A stretch of DNA of 59,111 nucleotides, the filler included. It is 4 parts of 4 records of this genome, joined end to end, with 100 filler letters (N's around TTAATTAATTAA, not from the genome) between each part and the next. Parts side by side here need not be neighbours in the genome. Positions count along the whole stretch, not along the records: positions 1 to 22,751 come from DRR378314_2599; positions 22,852 to 32,270 come from DRR378314_2605; 2 more parts are not named here. One strand, written 5' to 3'. The notes beneath the pieces are model-generated. The model saw only the letters and a program-made list of their open reading frames with translations, had not been told where the DNA came from and made no database searches. Shown one piece after another: positions 12,858 through 24,379 of the stretch (position 1 is its first letter; each line of letters begins with the position of its first letter). The translations under genes and the position numbers were made by a program.

Positions 12858-14271
12858 CTACTCCAGCTGCTTTGTCTGCTCTGCAACCCATTGCATGTAA
12901 GGTTCATTCCCTATCGACCCCCCCAAGTATTACGCGACAACACATAGAAATTGCATGAAACGCGTTGCAAGTGCGAAATGAGAATGGGCCACAGATCCAT
13001 AGCGCTGCGCAAGTTGGCTGATGGGTTTGGAGAATGTCACAGCGAGGCAGCAAATACGAAACAGCGTCGTAGGCGTTCAAAGCGCCTTCAACCATTCCAC
13101 ACGAACATTTTTTGCTTGCTTCTGAAGGAATATTATTTTTCCTATTGGATGAAAGATGCATGGGTACGTATGGGGCGTACCATCAACAATGGGCATGGCG
13201 ATCACTTCAGCACAATCGTCTGCACGTCGGCGCCACGCACGATTCCACAAAACGCATCATTTGATGAGTCGCAAGTTTTCTCACGACGCAGGCAACAAGC
13301 GAGAAAACTAATAGAGAAAAACAAACACACCAGCGCGCACGTCCACAGGAAGTGAATCCTTTCACATGCATTGGCCATGTTCCTCGGAACAGAGCTAGCC
13401 TACGCGCAGCAGCATACGCAGCTTGCGGCACGCTCGCCTACGGCGGCTCAGGGCAGAAGCGTACATGGGTGCAGCGCGGTGACAGCTATTGTAAGTTCGG
13501 GCACAAGTTCGCACTTGGTTTTGAGAATCAGCATTTCCTCGTTGTCCTCTTCCACTTTGCCTTTCCACTCGAAAACCGAGACCAGCCCGGGAACAATATT
13601 TGCACACGCGACAAGCTTCTGCTGGACCAGCTGCGAAGATACAGGCGGGGCCAAAAACAGCGTTGTAAGTTTATAAACTGTGCATGCAGCGGCGGCCAGC
13701 CGCCTCTCTCTGCAGCTGCAAAGCGCTTGCGCGGCGCGTGCAGGCTGCGAATACGCTGCGTTTGGTGCAAAGTCACAGTCCATGCATGTACCCCAGATCA
13801 CTCATTAAGCAACTACATGTGCCATTCATTGTCTGTGCTCGTTTGATCCAGCGTATTTCGTTTCTGCTGGGGTGGGAGGAAGCAATGCGAGGAGACCAAA
13901 AGTCATATCGTCGCCGAAACGGCGTGCAAGCCCACGTGGCATGAAATCGGCTCTCCTTGCCTCTCCTTTTTGGAGCCAACGTAGAAATGCACAACGGTAT
14001 GAAATAAGTGCTCTCAGAAGGAGAGCTGCGTGCTTTGAGGGCGCTTGTTGGAAAGCGAATGCGGTAAAACGGCTCCGCGCATGCTCAAGCGCCAGCGTAC
14101 GTTCCGGGCAATGGTGAGAGCAGTCTCGCGGTTCGGAACCGTCACGTAGCAGGCGCACAGGCCATGCTTGCCGGAAGAAGCACTCCGTTGCATAATCTGT
14201 GGTAGATTGAAAACGTTTCGAAGCATCCACGCCAGAGAAGCTGCAATTAAAAACCCGCGGAGAAGGCGCAT
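12858..14271 (-). CDS. cutA: CutA divalent-cation tolerance protein, ~142 aa, 4 exons
   Basis: Exons 14271-14101, 13630-13465, 13219-13181, 12910-12858; all donors GTACGC. Spliced product reads [75 protein letters not shown], a typical CutA1. Confidence 0.92.
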
Positions 14272-15310
14272 ATATCCGTGGATCTCGACGGTGGCAAACG
14301 CGCTCCCTGCGCGCTCTGACGACCGTGAATGCAGTTAGGGGGGACAAACCACATCCCCCTCGAAGCGTCCGTGGTGTCGAACGTACCTGTTTGTGAGTTG
14401 CGCTTTGTGCTCGCTTCACCATGCCTTTGTGTGCGCATCGCAGCCTTCCTGTACAACGACACAGTGTAGAATTCGAGGCGAGCTTGTTCATGCATATGCT
14501 TTTTCTTGCATTCCTGGACTGCTGGGGCGATGCGAGGACTGTGCGCACTTGTGCAGTGCAGTAGTAACTGCGTACCATACCACAATGGTTTACATATTGA
14601 CTACATCAAGCGCGATAAAGGATCGCTAGATCTGCTGAAGCCAGCGCAGCGCATGGATCTGCCCGAGTCTCCTCATGCGCGAGTAACAATTGAGTTGCGA
14701 GACTTCTCGTTTCCAAAAATAGCAAACAACGGTACGTTTCAACCAGGTGGTGGCCGCAGAGGCCCCTCTTTGCTGCGCTGCGACTTGTCTGTCCTCGCTG
14801 CGTATTGCTGTATGCCCTCACCAAGCGAACCCATTATACTCATGAATTTACATGAGTGTGCCTAGAGTGTTCGCTCGTTCCCGTCATTATGTTTCGCAAG
14901 CAGCCTGTGGCAGAGAGTTCTGTGCACGAGCCTACTCCCCGGTTTCGTTCCAGGCGACGGCGGCAGGCGCTCGCTGCTGCGTGTTGGTTGCCTGCTCAGC
15001 ACAGCAGCTACAGCGTCTTTTTGTTCGTCGTTATATGCCTGTGTTCACTGATAGGCTGGTTCTCAGTGGTGAAAATGGCAGTAGATCATTTGTACAATAG
15101 GCTCTGGTCGCACGTATGTGATCGTTTCGCGCGGTCTTCGGCCTCGAAGCGTCGGACAATCTGTACGCGCTTCCAGGTTGCGTTCCTCCAGAAACGTGGC
15201 GTCACGTGCCGTGCCTGCGTGTGTGGACGAGTCTCCGCGTGCTGCTTTACTCTACGCTCACGGAAACCATCGCTTTTCAATCGTGTGCTAAAACAGGGTG
15301 CACCGCAGTC

Positions 15311-17280
15311 ATGTCTGTGAGTAAAGCATTTCCTGTTTTACAGGGTGAAACCCAGCTTCCGGGCCTGACAGAATTTACGTTGGACTGGGACTCCGCAGAG
15401 CTTGCGCCGCTCCCGTCGCCAGGGGAAATCCCGCTCGCTTGCGGGACGCTGTGGAATACAGCGACTGCAGCTCACAGCAGTGCTGCTGCTCTTGAGCGCG
15501 CTGATACGTCCACGGTCGACCACGACGATGGCGTACACCCCGTTGGAAATGGTCGATGCAAGCGCGCTAGAACATCTTCTGATCGAGTAGAGCGCGAAAT
15601 AAGCACTGTTCGGAGTGGATCTTGCTCTGGGCAGGGGAGCAGTGGCGACCGTAACGCCGAAGACATGTACGCGGTGGAAAGAGGGGGAAAACGGCGGGAG
15701 CGCGACTTTGTTGTTGTTGGGGGGTGGAGCCTGCTTTTTTCGAATAGCAGGCAGCACTGTGCTGAATTTTCGCCTTTTTTTCCGCATGTAAGCAGCATTT
15801 GTCCTCTACACAGAACTAATGGAAGCAATTTGCGAATGCAGCATAAATGTTCGCGACGCCTATCTGATGTGCTGTTCCGCCTTTGCTGCAGCTGCTGTCG
15901 TGCCTCGGTTCCTTACTTCATTCTCCTGTCGCTGCGTATTCGTGCGTTGCAGTCTGCGTTCACGGCAGGAGCGCAATCGCCTTTCAGCGCGTGAATGCCG
16001 CGAAAAGCGGAAGCAGGTATGTCCTGTAAGCAATTGCGTGTAGCGCAGGATTGATGCCGAGCAAGCATACGCCATTGCCTTTCCTTGGCGCGCGTGTTTT
16101 CTACAGTCTCCCACTTTGTGCATCGCTTACAAGTGTTGCCGTCGGCACCGCGTGCGTCTTGCGCGCAGTACGTATCAGAGCTGGAGGAGCAAGTTGCAGC
16201 GATGTCGTGTGCTCGGAATGCAGCTGAACAGCAGAACGCTGTCCTGAAGGTACGCAACTGCAGTCGAAGAGACTGTGTTCCTGGAGCACCATCGTCTACA
16301 GCGATTGTCGCGAGATCTACAGAGTAGAATAGCGGAGCGCACGTTGACGGTCGTGGCTACTGCGCGCGCTGGGGTGCACTACCGTTTGAGCGCACACCTG
16401 ATATTGTCGCTTACTTTGTCGAACGGGAAGACTGTATCGCCTTTCTTCAAGTTACTCAACTCTGCCTACCTGCTTGCCTCCACCTGTCCTTTGCCAGGCG
16501 GAGAACGCGTTGCTGAAACAGCAGCTCGAGTTCTTCCAGGAGATGTTCCGAAAGCATCTAAGCTCTGATGGTGCAACAGCGGCAACGCCTTTCCCGCGCG
16601 AGTTCTACGGGATGGCAGCTTCTGCTTCCAGCCGCAACGAATCTGTTTCGGCAAAGAAGAATGTCGCGATGCTCGCTGTTGTCCTTTCCGTGTCCGTGAT
16701 GCTTTTCACGTTGACGCCTGGCGGCAACGTGCGGATTTCCAGCGGGTGCGTTTCGCAGGTTGGTGTTTTACCTGTGTATCTGCAGTAGCTGGAAGTAGCT
16801 GCGGATACGTTCATTGCCTCCCCCAGCGAATGCAGCTCGGGCTCTTCTGGTCGCGGTCGTGACGTGCTTGCTTATTTCTTTGTTTGCTTTTTTTGTCTTC
16901 TTACGCGATCAAGCGGTCGTGTGCTCTCTCTCCCTCTCTTTCTTTCCCCCCCCTGACCCTTGAATGGGAGGAAAGCGGGTGTGGTGAGCGCGGTTTCAAC
17001 ATGCGCGCAGGCAACGTGGTTGCTCCTTTCGTACGCAACCTCCGCTCTAGGAATACCTATGTTGCTCTTCGTTTCTGATGGCAGCTGGATGTCTTGGTGC
17101 ATTTTTTCCGCCCGCAGGTCGTCGTACGGACGGACGCTACTCTCTGTAGATGGTGGCGCTGGCGCTGGCTGGCTTGTGGGAAATGACGTTGTGCGCGCTC
17201 TTGTTGCTGTGGCTGTCGCCATCGCACTTGTGTTTTCCAGCGACCATGTTTTCTCCAACAGGCGTCGCGGCGACTCTTGA
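15311..17280 (+). CDS. Membrane-tethered bZIP transcription factor (ATF6/CREB3-like) with two hydrophobic segments; 5' end uncertain (possible extra exon 14653-14731)
   Basis: Exons ..-15666, 15953-16016, 16169-16249, 16498-16745, 17118-17280 are phase-consistent. Basic region RQERNRLSARECREKRKQYVSELE (N-x7-R), heptad zipper, TM AMLAVVLSVSVMLFTL, RTLL motif, second TM ALVAVAVAIALVF. Confidence 0.82.
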
Positions 17281-17836
17281 AATCCTTGGTCTGTATTTTG
17301 TGTTCGGATTTCTTTTGTTGATTTTTTGGGGAGTTGCGCAGATGCGGACAAGCGGTTGGTATGGCTACTTTGTAAAAGTCGGCACCCGGCGGAAAGCGCC
17401 CCGTTGCTGTAATCCATGACCGTGCTGCATTTCCCTTCGCTTTCGCTTTCCCTCGCACCTCCTGTATCCCGTGTTCCATGCACCCGCTACCAGTGATGCA
17501 CTTTGTTGTGATAGAGGGTCAAGGCAAGCACCACACCTCACGGAAGGACAGTTGCAGCTTTCGCTCCGCGCACCCCAAGCTGCAGGCGTAGGATTTTTGG
17601 TGGTAGCATGCGCAAATTGCGTTGCTGTGGAATACCAGTCACAAAGCCCTACCCGTCAACCGATACTGGCTGGAAGGACTGTCCGCCGTCCAAGCTGTTG
17701 TCCACGCGCGCGGTTCGCTCCTGGACACCACCAGCAGCCCGAAACGCGCGCGCACCAGCGTCGGTTTCCTAGCATCCCGTGCGCCCTCTCGTCTCCACAG
17801 TGACTGATCCAGCGGCCTGCGCCTGTATTCTCCGCC

Positions 17837-20800
17837 ATGATGAGTAGGATTGTTCTCGCTGTATTCGTTGTCCTTGTTGCGAACGGTGTTCGAGCCGCTT
17901 CGACCCTTCCGCAGCTTAACGTGGATAAATCTCAAATCGCAGTCGGCGGACTCAGGTATGACTGCCTATGCTGCGCGCTCTGGCGAACCCGAACAAAGCG
18001 CGCCGAAACTAAGGCGTTTTTGATCGCCGACCGGTTCATCTACCTACCAAGGAGCAGAAACGAGCACAGACGCAGCGTAGTTACAAAGTATATCTGCGTA
18101 GTTTTGATGTCGCATTCGTCTTGATTGTGCTGGAATGGAGCTCCGCTGTTTTGCGAGAAGATTTCTCGGGCACCGGAAGCGTTACGAGACCGTGTAGGCG
18201 CTGCTGTTCCTCTTGGGATGCGGCGGAATACCCCAGTCAGCTCAGTTTCCTTGACAGAGGTCATCATCGGGGGCCCCTGGGAGCCCGAGGCGCGAAGTGC
18301 GCTCCCGGCAAAGCCGACCACGTGCCGGTGGGCGGGCAGCCGGTGAACGAAAATTCGCTTGCAAGAGTGTTTGCAGTATTTGCACACACCGGGTCGCTCT
18401 TTTCCCGTATCGCTGTTTGCGCGGGTGTGTCATACACCGGTAGCTTTGGCGTGGGAGAACACTACGTGCGCTGGTGCACTCAGGGTGCGTGGCAGCCCTG
18501 CGGAGGGCTGTCCGCTGCTAGCCTCTGCCGCTTCGAGGGTCACACGCGGTGCGCTGTGGCTCCGAACATTGACTGCAATTCGCAAAGAAAACCCGTAAGT
18601 TGCGGGACCAGAATCTGTCAATGTTCGCAGAGGAATAGTGCGCGTGATCCTCAGTGGTTTATTTTGTGCTTGAACAAGATGGCGCGTCCCTGTTTGAGCT
18701 TGAAACCATATTCCCGCGAACGGAGCACGTATAAAGTGCAGAAAAACTGCCTTCTCCCTGCGGCGCAGGCCGGCACTGCAAAGGTATCTCCTGTGCTGAA
18801 TGGATGGCCGCGCTGCCGAGACTCAGTCGTTTCTTACTAAATTGATACCGTGGTGTTGCTTTACTATGTACTTTTGCAGCGCGGGTGCCTTCTTCGCTGT
18901 GCAAATGCACGTCGCTTACTCGTCTGAAATCTCTGGCGCTGCAATCTTTGCCGGCGGTCCGTACGACTGCGCCAAGGTACCGTTTGGCGTCTCGTCCAAC
19001 CTTGCCGAAGCAAGCGCAATGCTATAACAGGATCTACCCTGGGACTACGCGTACTGTCATTATGGTTATCATCGTAAAGTTGTGCATCATGGCGGTAGCC
19101 GCGCCGCCTTTTTTTGCTTTCATTTGTGTGCATAATCGCACTCGCCGGTGCGCAATTAGTGTGTGGCACTATGCTATCCCGTCGTTACGTCGAGAGCAAT
19201 GTCTCGCATGCGGCCGTTGACTTGCCTATGCTTTCCTGGTTCTCAATACTAGGCGCCGGAGATGGAGAGTGTTGACTTTCACAATTTTTTGTATTGCAGT
19301 ACGAACCGCTGGCTGTAGCGTTTGCCCTGGAAGGTAACGCGCGGCGTGTGAATCTGCAGCTATCTTACGCAGCTCGCGTGCCGCGCTGCACTGCACCGCT
19401 CGCAGGACTCGGAAATCGCTGCACTCACCACGTGCATGACTGCGCTTCCCTTCGGCCCGGATGTGTCCGAGCTAGTCTCGAAGACCAAGAGCGCCGCTTC
19501 GTACGTTGAACAGCACTCCCAAACGACTATCTCGAATAAAAAAGAAGGGGAAGAATTGCTGTGCTGATTGCTTGCGGACGCCTGTTCGTAGCTGATTCGA
19601 AGTATCGTGCATGAGACACGAAAACCGAAATCGAGCACAAACTGCCGATTTCCACGTTTGTCTGATTGGCCCTTGCGTCGCAATCTGTTGTGCTTTCTTA
19701 CGGTTCGGTTTGTATCCGATGGTGGTTCTTCGATGTGCCAATTGCAATGATTCTTACGTGCAGTGACGGGAAGATTGATGACTTGTCGAACCTGCAAGGA
19801 TCGCATGTGTTCTTGTACTCTGGTGCGATGGACACTGTTGTGCATCCGAAAGTCGTTCAGGTGCGATACAACTTTCGGAGCTGCTGCCTTTTGGAGCTTA
19901 CCTGCCAGCGCCCCTTACTCACTCTTCTTGTGAGAGTACGTATTGTAGTACCCAGGGTGGGCGCATGGCGCCGTCTACCAGAGCGCTTTGTGTGCTGATG
20001 GCACGGTTTGGTCCGTTTGTATTACTCGTTCTTGCAGTCCCTCGAAACGTACTATCGCGATGTGCTCGGCTCGAATGCAAACATCACGACGGAATACTCC
20101 ATCCAAAGCCAGGTACGAGGCTGCGTGTCCCCGATTGACTACCGCTGGAACTACGTTTGGTTTACTGTTGCCGCGTTGACTCTTGCGCAAGCTTTTCCTT
20201 TCCTTTCGTTTCTTTTCTTGTTGCCGCGCAAACCGTCTTCACCGCGTGCCGGTGCTAAAACTTCGGATTTCGTCAAATGTATTCTTGGTCACTGCTCTGC
20301 GCCGTTTCAAATTTTGCAGCATTGCATTCCGACGGTCAGCTCTGGGAACGCATGCTCTCAACTGGGATCGCCGTAGTACGTTGCCGACGTTGATCGCGAT
20401 TGGCTGTTTTCTGCGTCGATCGCGCACACGAATCTGCCTGATTGCCGAGATGAAGTTGTCGCATGTGCCGAGCGGCGTCTTCAGCTTGCTTGGACGTGCC
20501 AAGAAGATCCTGGAATTCAAACGTAGCAAGTGTTTGGCGAAAGTGTCGTCTTGCACGCGGCCTTGTGCTCAAACGATTCCTATTGTCGCCGATTGCTGCG
20601 TTCGCGCCAACCAACTGCTGTTTTCTGTAGCATTTGCAACTGCAACTACGACGGTGCGCAGCACGCGCTGGAAACGGTGTTCGGTTCGCTCGGTGCAAAG
20701 GTGCGGTATTGTGCAAGTTGTTTTGGAAGTGTGCAGCGAGCTCGGATTCGTTCTGAGCGCTTTCAGAGCGATTGTCAGTTTATCGCAGGTGTGCAATGCC

Positions 20801-21759
20801 GAGCAATACGTACGACGAGACGATTGATCGCCTCTGCGCGAATGTCTACCCTCTGATGCAGGGCGAGCAAAAGTCGGAGAATCTCATCGAGTTTGATCAG
20901 ACAAAGTATGGCGATATGGACTCAATTTCTATGAACGACAAGGTGCGTCAGCTTCTTTGTGGTGCGCCGGACTGGCTTTCTGTTCCGCGTACCGCTTACG
21001 GTGTTTGCGTTCGTGAAACAGAACGCGGAACGCGGCTCTCATAAGGAACCGCTCCGTTACGTGGCTTCCGCTGTGCAGGGCTACGTGTACGTGCCGTCGG
21101 CGTGCAAGAGCGGAAACACAGAGTGCCGTATGTTTGTCAACTTCCACGGCTGCCAGCAGACGCTCAGGTACGATGTGTGACCATGTTTTCGGGTGGCTGT
21201 GTGCGCATTTGCGTTTTCAGTACGGCGCCACAGGTGAGACAGGGTTGGTCCTTGGATGTTCAGTGACTGTACCGGAACGCCTGTTGCTTGTTCTGCTTGC
21301 CTGATGTGTCGTTGGTACCGATGTTGCCTCGCCGCGTGCCCGACGCCCCATGTAGCAATATTGGAACCAAGTACATGACGGAAACGGGATTCAATGATTG
21401 GGCCGAGTCGAATAATATCGTCATCTTGTACCCGCAGGTCAAGGCGGAGCTCCCGCAGAAGAACCCCGGTGTACGTTGGCACGATCGTGCGCGTCGAGGA
21501 AAGGATAGTATCGCAGCTGAAACGCTTTGCAGCATTCCTGCCGTGTGCGTTGCTCTTCGACGTAGCGCTGGGTCGCATCGAATCTTTTTTCGTTTTCGCT
21601 AGCGCAAGTAGTCCCTGACGGTCGCATTGCTCGCGATCCACTTCCCTTTCCATACAGGGTTGCTTTGACTGGTGGGGTTACAACACCGACAAGTATCTGT
21701 ACAAGGACGGTGACCAGATGAAGGTCGTCAAGGCAATGATGGACAGCATCACCGGATAG
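17837..21759 (+). CDS. Secreted poly(3-hydroxybutyrate) depolymerase-like esterase (circularly permuted, fungal-type), ~331 aa, 11 exons
   Basis: Exons 17837-17955, 18880-18976, 19406-19500, 19764-19860, 20038-20112, 20320-20375, 20631-20700, 20862-20942, 21079-21167, 21356-21470, 21658-21759. Signal peptide; N-terminal lipase box GLSAG; AGGPYDCA; YSGAMDTVV (Asp); SQHCIPT (His); GYVYVP..C; FHGCQQ; WAESNNIVILYPQ; NPGGCFDWWGY. Confidence 0.88.
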
Positions 21760-22751
21760 GCGGCCGCGAGACAAGCGCAGCTTCCACAGCTCTGCGTGGG
21801 AGGCGCAGGCACCTGCGCGCTCTTGGGTCCTGCGTCGTGCCTGGGTGTGATAGGGAGGAATATTGCCGCTGTTTTTCTGGGCTGTAAGAGACTTCCGAAA
21901 GTGCCCCGTTGCGCGAGGGCTGTTCGGTTGCCTTTTGCGAGAGCGCCTGCGAACGAGGTGAAACTGGAGCTACTCTTTCGCCCGCTGCGTGGGCAGTGCG
22001 CGTGTTGTTGCCTCCACCTGGCTTGTTGCCTTCTTCGCGGCGCGACTTTGTGTACTGTTTGTTCTTTTGCTTTGTGATGTTACTCGCCAGGAGCAAAGGA
22101 TATACGCTCGACTTTGTCACTCGTGGTGGTGATGAAGCAAATCTCCGATGCTGTGGTAGCCTTTGCACCGTCGGATCTGTGGACTTCTGTTTTGTGCGCC
22201 GCACGTCTGCGGAGTTCGTGCTCTGAACGTCGTAGTACGCGGAGCGATCGCTTGTCTTCCCGCCGGCAAAATAGCCGAACCGTGCAATTTGCTTCCAATA
22301 TCTGTCTTTGCCAGCACGGATTCAAAGCAATAAAAGCGTCTGGGCAACGTGCGGAAGCGCCCTTGCCTCTTTGAAGATCGCGCCTGCTACGGTGCCTTGA
22401 AGGCGACAGCCCAGCCCCCAAGACACAGGAGAGCGCACGGCCCTCCCATCGGAGGGGGTAGTAAGAACACCCCCCTCAGTCATCCTCTTCAACCCGGAAG
22501 GCCCAGCCGCATCCCCTCGTTTGCGGCCTGCAGCCCAGCCTGGAACCACGCGCAGCGCTTGAGGTGCTTCCTGCTCTGAAGCGCCCCGCTGCTGCGCTAC
22601 TAGAGCGCGCGGGAGCTTCTTTTGTGCTAACCCTGACGCTCGCCGTATGTCTCTCGATGCAACAGACAGTGACGCGCCTCTGCGCGTCGCAAATTTTGCG
22701 GAAGAGGTGCGCTTGTGTGGACGGCAGCGCGCGAAATAACAATTTGCAGAG

Positions 22752-22851
22752 NNNNNNNNNNNNNNNNNNNNNNNNNNNNNNNNNNNNNNNNNNNNTTAAT
22801 TAATTAANNNNNNNNNNNNNNNNNNNNNNNNNNNNNNNNNNNNNNNNNNNN
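22752..22851. other. Artificial contig linker (N44-TTAATTAATTAA-N44)
   Basis: Exactly 100 bp, with a core giving stops in all six frames; identical to the other two linkers. Confidence 0.98.
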
Positions 22852-22900
22852 ATCTTTTCCCAAATACCTCCGCCGGAGGCCGCGCCCCGACAGGGGCGCA
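22852..22900. repeat. Possible Rhodobacteraceae REP-like palindromic repeat at contig start
   Basis: cttttcccaaatacctccgccggaggc followed by hairpin gcgcccc-gaca-ggggcgc. Resembles intergenic repeats recalled from Roseobacter genomes and lies at an assembly break. Confidence 0.35.
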
Positions 22901-22976
22901 TCTTTGCAGCCAAAGACGCGAAAACTGGACAATTCCGCGCGCCTGTGACAGATCAACGACCAACAGGAGAATTGCG

Positions 22977-24302
22977 ATGACCACCACCCGTTTTGCGCCG
23001 TCGCCCACCGGCTATATCCACGTGGGCAACCTGCGCACCGCGCTGATGAACTACCTGATCGCCCGCAAGGCCGGCGGCACCTTCATCCTGCGCATCGATG
23101 ACACCGACCCGGAGCGCTCGAAAGAAGAATACGTCGACGCGATCAAGCAGGATCTCGAATGGCTCGGCCTCACCTGGGACAAGGTCGAACGCCAGTCCGA
23201 GCGGCTCGACCGTTATGCCGAGGCCGCCGACAAGCTGCGCGAGATCAACCGGTTCTACGAGGCCTTCGAGACCCCGACCGAACTCGACCTCAAGCGCAAG
23301 AAACAGCTCAACATGGGCAAGCCTCCGGTCTATGACCGCGCCGCATTGGCGCTGTCGGAGGACGAAAAAGACGCCCTGCGCGCCGAGCGTGGCAATGGCG
23401 TCTGGCGTTTCAAGCTGGACCATGAGCGGATTGACTGGAACGACGGCATTCTTGGCGACATCTCCATTGATGCGGCCTCCGTGTCCGACCCGGTGCTGAT
23501 CCGCGGCGACGGGCAGGTGCTCTACACTATCGCCTCGGTGGTGGATGACACCGACATGGGCGTGACCCATGTGGTGCGCGGCTCTGACCACGTGACCAAC
23601 ACCGCGACACAGATCCAGATCATGTCGGCGCTGGGTCATGGCCACCCGGAATTCGCGCATCACTCGCTGCTTACCGGTCCGCAGGGCGAGGCGCTGTCCA
23701 AACGCCTCGGCACATTGGCGCTGCGCGACCTGCGCGAGGCGGGCGTGAAGCCGATGGCGCTCCTGTCGTTGATGGCGCGTCTGGGCTCCTCCGACCCGGT
23801 GGAGCTGCGCCACGAGATGGCAGAGCTGGTCGAGGGTTTCGACATCAACCGGTTCGGCTCCGCGCCGACCAAGTTTGATGCCGATGATCTCTATCCGCTG
23901 ACCGCGCGCTACCTGCAGGGGCTTCCGCTGTCGGCGGTGCAGTCGCATGTGGCAGCGGCGGGCGTGCCCGAGGACAAGCAGGAGGCCTTCTGGGCGGTGG
24001 CGAAGGAGAATATCACCACGCTCAAGGATCTTGAGGGCTGGTGGGTGCTCTGCCGTGATGGCGCCGAGCCGCTGATCGCCGAGGAGGACAAGGAATTCAT
24101 CGCCGAGGCGATGGCGCTGCTGCCCGAAGGCCCCTACGACAGCGAGAGCTGGGGCAAATGGACGGCTGCGGTGAAGGAAAAGACCGGCCGCAAGGGCAAG
24201 GGGCTGTTCATGCCCCTGCGCAAGGCCGTCACCGGCATGGAGCGCGGCCCCGACATGTCCGCCCTGCTGGCGTTGATGGAGACGGTGCGCGCGCGCGGCT
24301 AA
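22977..24302 (+). CDS. gltX: Glutamate--tRNA ligase
   Basis: TRFAPSPTG, HVGN (HIGH), LRIDDTD, HVVRGSDH, LSKR (KMSKS); RBS AGGAG upstream. Confidence 0.96.
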   Translation: MTTTRFAPSPTGYIHVGNLRTALMNYLIARKAGGTFILRIDDTDPERSKEEYVDAIKQDLEWLGLTWDKVERQSERLDRYAEAADKLREINRFYEAFETPTELDLKRKKQLNMGKPPVYDRAALALSEDEKDALRAERGNGVWRFKLDHERIDWNDGILGDISIDAASVSDPVLIRGDGQVLYTIASVVDDTDMGVTHVVRGSDHVTNTATQIQIMSALGHGHPEFAHHSLLTGPQGEALSKRLGTLALRDLREAGVKPMALLSLMARLGSSDPVELRHEMAELVEGFDINRFGSAPTKFDADDLYPLTARYLQGLPLSAVQSHVAAAGVPEDKQEAFWAVAKENITTLKDLEGWWVLCRDGAEPLIAEEDKEFIAEAMALLPEGPYDSESWGKWTAAVKEKTGRKGKGLFMPLRKAVTGMERGPDMSALLALMETVRARG

Positions 24303-24335
24303 GACTGAGGCTGAGACCTGCATCTCACACAATCA

Positions 24336-24367
24336 AAAACGGGCAGGGCGCAGGCTCTGCCCGTTTT
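24336..24367. terminator. Bidirectional intrinsic terminator
   Basis: aaaacgggcagggc-gcag-gctctgcccgtttt hairpin with A/T tails between convergent genes. Confidence 0.8.
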
Positions 24368-24379
24368 GGTTACAAGCGC

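Noticed and set aside
362-21759. IP3R, CRAL-TRIO, bZIP and esterase as an ER/lipid functional cluster
   Set aside because: Adjacency in eukaryotes rarely implies shared function, and no shared regulatory motif was seen.
22796-22807. Recurrent TTAATTAATTAA as a biological repeat or att site
   Set aside because: It is a six-frame stop spacer always embedded in 44 Ns on each side.
22700-23000. Apparent bacterial-to-eukaryote HGT junction
   Set aside because: The junction is an artificial N/TTAATTAATTAA linker, so there is no evidence of physical contiguity.
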